30,056 nt of DNA from an uncultured Candidatus Bathyarchaeia archaeon (GTDB lineage: Archaea > Thermoproteota > Bathyarchaeia > Bathyarchaeales > Bathycorpusculaceae): assembly GCA_964450845.1 (NCBI GenBank), contig CAYVGZ010000007.1, forward strand, positions 1 through 30,056, read 5' to 3'. Position numbers and translations under genes: made by a program. The notes below the pieces were generated by a model, which was not told the DNA's origin, made no database searches, and saw only the letters and a list, made by a program, of their open reading frames with translations. Positions 25,084 to 30,056 of the stretch are shown in pieces (the first letter of the stretch is position 1; every line of letters begins with the position of its first letter).

Positions 25084-25782
25084 GTGGGGATGATATTAGT
25101 GGCGACGATTGTCGAAGCGGTCAACCTAAAGAAGACTTACATGCTTGGAAAAGTTCCAGTCAACGCCCTGCGTGGCGTGAACCTAAAAGTTGAGAGCGGC
25201 GATTTCCTTGCCGTTCTAGGACCATCTGGAAGTGGCAAATCGACATTGCTTAATTTGATTGGGGCTTTGGACAAGCCAACTGAAGGTAAGATGCTCATTG
25301 AAAGCGTTGACGTTTCCACACTAAGTGACAATCAACTGGCAGACCTTAGGCGCCGAATAGGCTTCGTGTTCCAATTCTTTAACCTGATTCCGCGGTTCAC
25401 GGCGAGGGAAAATGTTGAGCTGTCAATGTCCATAGCCGACATGAGCAGGGCTGAAAGGAGAAAGCATGCGGAAGATCTTCTGGAGACTGTGGGTTTGAAG
25501 GAGCGAATGCATCACAAACCAGCTGAATTGAGCGGCGGCGAACAGCAACGTGTAGCCATCGCTAGAGCCTTGGCAAACAATCCTCGATTTCTGTTGATGG
25601 ATGAGCCTACGGGCAATATAGATTCTAAGACTGCCAGCGAAATAGTGGGGTTGATAAAGAGACTCAATAAGGAGAAGGGCGTGACTATAATTATGGTTAC
25701 GCATGATCAACGCTTAGCTTTACAGGCAAAGAGGGCGGTTGAGATGTTTGATGGTGTAATAACTAAGGAGGTTGTGAATTGA
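25084..25782 (+). CDS. LolD/MacB-type ABC ATP-binding subunit
   Basis: GPSGSGKST, GFVFQFFNL, LSGGEQQR, LLMDEPTGNID, VTHD. Confidence 0.95.
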   Translation: MGMILVATIVEAVNLKKTYMLGKVPVNALRGVNLKVESGDFLAVLGPSGSGKSTLLNLIGALDKPTEGKMLIESVDVSTLSDNQLADLRRRIGFVFQFFNLIPRFTARENVELSMSIADMSRAERRKHAEDLLETVGLKERMHHKPAELSGGEQQRVAIARALANNPRFLLMDEPTGNIDSKTASEIVGLIKRLNKEKGVTIIMVTHDQRLALQAKRAVEMFDGVITKEVVN

Positions 25783-25783
25783 C

Positions 25784-27079
25784 ATGAAGCCAAGAGATGT
25801 TTTTTCTTATTCTTTCAGTGCGATAAAATTGAGGAAACTGCGCGCGGGTTTAACGACTTTGGGAGTGGTTATCGGCATTGCAGCTATTGTTGCGTTGCTT
25901 TCAATCACTCAGGGTTTGCAGGCTACAATAACCGAGCAGCTTCAAACAGGCTTTGCAACCGACACACTAATTGTTTCTGCAGGAGGAGGTTTCAGTGTTG
26001 GCATGGGCGGCAGAACGGGCGCTGATTCTGGTTTCAGGTTGCTGATCAATTATACGCAGTTGATCAACGGATTATCGTCAAACATTAACACGTCAATCGC
26101 GGTAATTCAACGAACAGGATTTATTAAATCTGGCAATATGACCCGAGTTACTACGATAGTAGGTGTTGATTTTGCGGAGTACTCTGACATTTACAGTAGC
26201 ACTTTTGTAAATGAAACTGGGAACATACCTCTGATTCCGACAAATGAAACAATTGTAGTTGGGAAGAGAATAAGTGATCCTTGGAAAAATGGGACACTTT
26301 TCTGCAGTGCGGGTGATGATGTTGAAATCATTTGGACTAATGCGACTGTGATTCCTGCAGAAAACGAGACTCATGCTTGTCATGTTTCGGCTGTTCTTGA
26401 AGAGATTGGAGGCTTGGGCATAGGTCCTTCGGATTATGCTGTTTATATTCCGATTTCTAAGGCTGAAAGTTTTTTTGGAACTGATGAGTGTGATATGATA
26501 ATCGTGAAGTTGAAAAATGATGATGAAACAACGATTGACAGTGTTTCTGAAGCCATAAAGGACGCTTTCAGCAACGAAGCTTCAGTAACATCTGCAACTG
26601 CAGTGCTCAACATTCTTGCAAGTGTTTTCTCAATCATAGAACTTTTTTTGGGTGGAATCGCTGCCATCTCGCTTTTGGTGGCGGGGATTGGGATAATGAA
26701 TATTATGATTGTTTCTTTGATGGAGCGTACGAGGGAGATAGGAATATTGAAAGCGTTGGGCATGAAAAGTCGAACGGTGCTTATGGTTTTCCTAAGTGAA
26801 TCGGTGATAATTGGACTGTTGGGCGCGGCGATTGGCATAGGTTCTGGTTGGGTTTTAGCAAATATAGTGGCGATGGTCTTCATAGGAGACGGCACATTCA
26901 TGGGAAATCAAGCTTCAGCAAGAGCTGAAACTGTCGGAATGACGATAACTCCCATGTTAACCCCAACTGTACTCGTAGGAGCCTTAGCCTTCGGCGTAGG
27001 AATCAGCGTAATCTTCGCACTTTACCCAGCTTGGCGAGCTTCAAAGCTTAAACCAGTAGAAGCTTTAAGATACGAGTAA
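25784..27079 (+). CDS. MacB/FtsX-type ABC permease
   Basis: LTTLGVVIGIAA, large extracytoplasmic domain, GIGIMNIM.VSLMERTREIGILKALG, PAWRASKLKPVEALRYE. Confidence 0.95.
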   Translation: MKPRDVFSYSFSAIKLRKLRAGLTTLGVVIGIAAIVALLSITQGLQATITEQLQTGFATDTLIVSAGGGFSVGMGGRTGADSGFRLLINYTQLINGLSSNINTSIAVIQRTGFIKSGNMTRVTTIVGVDFAEYSDIYSSTFVNETGNIPLIPTNETIVVGKRISDPWKNGTLFCSAGDDVEIIWTNATVIPAENETHACHVSAVLEEIGGLGIGPSDYAVYIPISKAESFFGTDECDMIIVKLKNDDETTIDSVSEAIKDAFSNEASVTSATAVLNILASVFSIIELFLGGIAAISLLVAGIGIMNIMIVSLMERTREIGILKALGMKSRTVLMVFLSESVIIGLLGAAIGIGSGWVLANIVAMVFIGDGTFMGNQASARAETVGMTITPMLTPTVLVGALAFGVGISVIFALYPAWRASKLKPVEALRYE

Positions 27080-27106
27080 AACAATCTGATAAAGAGGCTT
27101 TAGGCT

Positions 27107-27556
27107 TTGGTCAAAAGGCTTTATCCCAAACAGCCAATTGTAGGCGTGGGTGCAGTCGTAATTTGTGATGGCAAAATTTTGCTTGAAAAAAGAAAGAATG
27201 ACCCTGGAAAAGGAAAATGGAGCATTCCCGGCGGCTTAGTAGAATTGGGCGAGGGCGTTGAGCAGACTGTGATAAGAGAAGTTAAAGAAGAAACAAGTCT
27301 TGAGGTTGAAAAGCCTGAACACATCGACATTGTCGATAACATAATCAGAGACCAAAATGGTGAGATAGAGTATCATTTCGTCATAATTGACTATTTCGTG
27401 AAGCTTAAAGGCGGAACAATGAAAGCCTCGAGCGACGCGGAAGAATTGAAATGGATCACCTTTAACGAAGTAGAAAAATACGACTTAACAAAAACCTTCA
27501 GAGAATTCTTCCAAAGAAACAGACAAAAACTGGAAAAACTCAATTCATCTCTTTAA
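27107..27556 (+). CDS. NUDIX hydrolase (ADP-ribose pyrophosphatase-like)
   Basis: PIVGVGAV, WSIPGGLVELGE...REVKEET Nudix box. TTG start. Confidence 0.92.
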   Translation: MVKRLYPKQPIVGVGAVVICDGKILLEKRKNDPGKGKWSIPGGLVELGEGVEQTVIREVKEETSLEVEKPEHIDIVDNIIRDQNGEIEYHFVIIDYFVKLKGGTMKASSDAEELKWITFNEVEKYDLTKTFREFFQRNRQKLEKLNSSL

Positions 27557-29000
27557 AGAAGAGCCTTGTTTCTCCCATTGTTTTTACGTCTAAAGCCTTA
27601 ACCTTCACAACCATCGGAAAATCCCTCACAACCCTTCCAAGTGCAAGACAATAATGCGGCGGCAAATCTCTGGCAATTGACTTTACTGTTTCTGCATCAA
27701 CACGCGCAGCTCGTGAAACAACCTCTAAATCATGTTCATTCGTAAAGTTGAAAAGGAATATGTTGTCTGCTTGACGGTAAATATTCTCCCGAACAGTGTC
27801 AGGCTGATTAGTTATAAACGTAGTAAAAATCCCAAAATGTCGCATACGCGTAACAATATCATCCCAGTAAGTTTCACGCAAGTACAAATGCGCTTCTTCG
27901 GCGAAGAGAAAAATTGCCTTAAGCCTAGCGCTAGTTAAAAGGTCGACAAATTTTGCTAGCAAGTATTCAACTACTATTTGGCGGTCAATTGGCGAGGTGT
28001 TTCGCAAATTTACTATTATAGCGCCACCACGCTCTTTCGCCTTAAACAAGCACTCTTCTAAAAACGTGGCTTCCCCAACATTGTCAGTGAAAAATCCTGA
28101 ATTAACCAATGCATAATAACGCGAAAACAACGCATCGCGAACATGTTGGTTGCAGTGCCAATTGCGTATCGCTTCGCCTAACTCATGCAAGCTAAGCATG
28201 TCTCTTTCTTTAAGCGACTGCCATATGCGTCTAAACTCGCGGGCAGACGTGCCAGGCAAATGAAGCGCGTGAATGAGAATCTCCAACAAAACATGCAAAT
28301 TCAACTGCTTCAGAGCCACTTTAAAATTCTCGGAAGGCGTCAAAACATGAATCTTATCATAATAAACGTTTCTTTTTCCGTCTGCTGTCATCCCCAAACT
28401 TAAGTATTCACCGTTCAAATCAAAAACCACAACAGTAGCCTTATACCCAATCAAATTAAGCATCAAAAGCTTGGACAAATGGGATTTGCCAGTTTCCTTT
28501 TTCCCAGTTATTATGTTTAGTCTTCCATCAAGCGATGTGGCATCTATTGTTAAAAGCGAAGAATCTTTTGTCCCGCCTAAAATTATCGGAAGTTTCCCAT
28601 CAATTTTGGCAAGTCTGATTAATGCTGGATTTGGGAGCTTCTTTATCGCCGACTGCGAACGTGATGGAAGCCACGAACTGCTTGGGCTTAAACTCTCATT
28701 TTCCACAGTTGCACGGATCTTGCAGACAAGTAGGCTTGCGTCTTGAATATACGTAATGTGCGGTGCAATTTCCAACGGGTCAAAGTCTTCGCCCTGTATC
28801 AATTCCCCGCCATCTGGTAGACTGCGGAGCAATTCTTCCAGAATGCCAGGAATGCTCGCAAATTGTACGTCGATTACTTGGGCGATTAGGGCTTTTTCAG
28901 CCTCAGCATCTTCAATAAGCAAATAGTCGCCTTTCTCAACTGTTTCGTTTGGGAAGCTTAAGATTTGAATGATGTTGCCTTCTTTCTTGTATAGTTTCAT
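27540..29000 (-). CDS. HerA/FtsK-superfamily ATPase
   Basis: N-terminal HAS-barrel-like segment, Walker A GKKETGKS, VFDLNGEY, Walker B LFAEEAH, RMRHFG, TNQP. Confidence 0.85.
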   Translation of the reverse strand: MKLYKKEGNIIQILSFPNETVEKGDYLLIEDAEAEKALIAQVIDVQFASIPGILEELLRSLPDGGELIQGEDFDPLEIAPHITYIQDASLLVCKIRATVENESLSPSSSWLPSRSQSAIKKLPNPALIRLAKIDGKLPIILGGTKDSSLLTIDATSLDGRLNIITGKKETGKSHLSKLLMLNLIGYKATVVVFDLNGEYLSLGMTADGKRNVYYDKIHVLTPSENFKVALKQLNLHVLLEILIHALHLPGTSAREFRRIWQSLKERDMLSLHELGEAIRNWHCNQHVRDALFSRYYALVNSGFFTDNVGEATFLEECLFKAKERGGAIIVNLRNTSPIDRQIVVEYLLAKFVDLLTSARLKAIFLFAEEAHLYLRETYWDDIVTRMRHFGIFTTFITNQPDTVRENIYRQADNIFLFNFTNEHDLEVVSRAARVDAETVKSIARDLPPHYCLALGRVVRDFPMVVKVKALDVKTMGETRLFFKEMN

Positions 29001-30055
29001 GCGTTGCTTTCTCCTTTACCAAACGGTCCAAACAAAAGCCTATGCATGTCTGGTCTGTTGACAATTTTTAGGCGATATGCTTGCGCTGTGAAGTGTTGCA
29101 TGGCTATGACTTCGTTTGCAGTGAACGTGCATAGGATATGTGCTAAGCGTAGGGTTTCTGGGTAGCTTTGCGAAAGCAAGTCGTTTCCTAAAAGTTTTTC
29201 AACAGCCTCAATTCTCTGTTCTGGAACAGCTTGTTTGTCAATGTCCAGTCTAAATGCACAGTTTCCTTTTGTTAATCTTGCCACGTAGACGTCGCCTAAC
29301 AAAACGATTGGGGGCTTAGTTTTCAAACATGCTGTTTCAAGCAGATAAGGGGGCTTGTGGCTAAGCGGAATGTCTGTTATGATGTGTCCGTTAAATCTTA
29401 GGGTTGTCATTTTTGAAAAGGCTAAAACAGTGTTTCGTCTTTTTCTGGCTGTTTCTAAAATTTCTTTCATAAGTGCGGTTGGCGTGTCTGCGGTTCCGCT
29501 GGTCAGCGAGCCGTCGAACAGGATTAGCCCATTGTTTATTGTTTTTGTAAGCATTGTTTGGAGCCATCGTTCTAGGAGGCTTGCTATGCGTGTTGGCATC
29601 TGCAAGAGATTTGGCGTGTTTTGGTGGTTTTGTTCATGATGAGTGTTGAAGTATGCTGTTTGTAGCGTGTTGTAGACTTCGCGTTTGTTTTCTTCTGTTA
29701 TGTGGAATACGAATGGGCCTAAGCGCACGTAGCGGTAGCTTTTGTTTTGTTTCCAGACGTTTGCGCCTCTGACGGCGATTAGCGTGCCTGTGGCTGTTTC
29801 GCCGATTTTCATGCTTGACGTGTCTACTGCGGCGACTATTGTTTCTTCGTGTTTAGGCTGTAGGGGTATTGGCTGCATTTTAAGTTGAAGAGTCTGTGGT
29901 TGGGGTTCTAGGCTGTTGCAGGCTTGTTGAATTGTTTGTTGATTTAGTTGAATGGGCTGGTTTTGGGCGTGTTTTAGCGAGCGTAGGCTTAGTTCTGTGA
30001 GGCGTTGGGGTAATGTTGTGTCTATGGTGGGTTGTGGAAAGTTATATTTTGGTGT
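28997..30055 (-). CDS. NurA-like (RNase H-fold) nuclease, 5'-partial
   Basis: AAVDTSS and ILFDGSL acidic motifs, AFSK, SYPETL.LAH. The frame stays open from ATG 29878 to the window edge (TPKYNFPQPTIDTTLPQRL...). Overlaps the herA start. Confidence 0.75.
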   Translation of the reverse strand, partial: TPKYNFPQPTIDTTLPQRLTELSLRSLKHAQNQPIQLNQQTIQQACNSLEPQPQTLQLKMQPIPLQPKHEETIVAAVDTSSMKIGETATGTLIAVRGANVWKQNKSYRYVRLGPFVFHITEENKREVYNTLQTAYFNTHHEQNHQNTPNLLQMPTRIASLLERWLQTMLTKTINNGLILFDGSLTSGTADTPTALMKEILETARKRRNTVLAFSKMTTLRFNGHIITDIPLSHKPPYLLETACLKTKPPIVLLGDVYVARLTKGNCAFRLDIDKQAVPEQRIEAVEKLLGNDLLSQSYPETLRLAHILCTFTANEVIAMQHFTAQAYRLKIVNRPDMHRLLFGPFGKGESNA

Positions 30056-30056
30056 T

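Noticed and set aside
81-29639. Remaining antisense or overlapping ORFs in the six-frame track (e.g. 2656..3042, 13073..13429, 17398..17790, 26443..26901)
   Set aside because: They lie opposite or inside well-supported genes and carry no family motifs.
1-30056. CRISPR array, rRNA, transposase or integrase
   Set aside because: No regularly spaced repeats, rRNA-like sequence, or DDE/tyrosine-recombinase motifs were seen.

Overview
Archaeal chromosomal window. Gene content (CdvA-like protein, Lsm, RIO2, ThiI, archaeal PyrH, multi-intron tRNAs with BHB motifs) points to a TACK lineage, most plausibly Bathyarchaeia (inference, not verified). It is mostly housekeeping and metabolic genes: ValRS 3' end, HAD, class V PLP enzyme, S9 peptidase, HDAC, AcnX pair, RIO2, ThiI, nitroreductase, CaCA antiporter, MBL hydrolase, PyrH, two ABC systems, NUDIX and a NurA-HerA pair. 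Notable points read directly from the sequence: (1) two tRNA genes each with two BHB introns, tRNA-Lys(UUU) at 37/38 + 58/59 and tRNA-Tyr(GUA) at 30/31 + 37/38, the two Tyr introns being complementary to each other; (2) a ~1.7 kb glycosyltransferase/methyltransferase island bracketed by a diverged ~80 bp direct repeat between rio2 and thiI; (3) a 2-hydroxyacid dehydrogenase-AcnX operon with substituted substrate-binding motifs; (4) an orphan CdvA-like gene divergent from a PadR regulator; (5) thiI with no canonical start codon; (6) three genes each broken by one missing base. No CRISPR array, rRNA, transposase or integrase was seen. Family assignments come from motif recognition by eye, not database searches.
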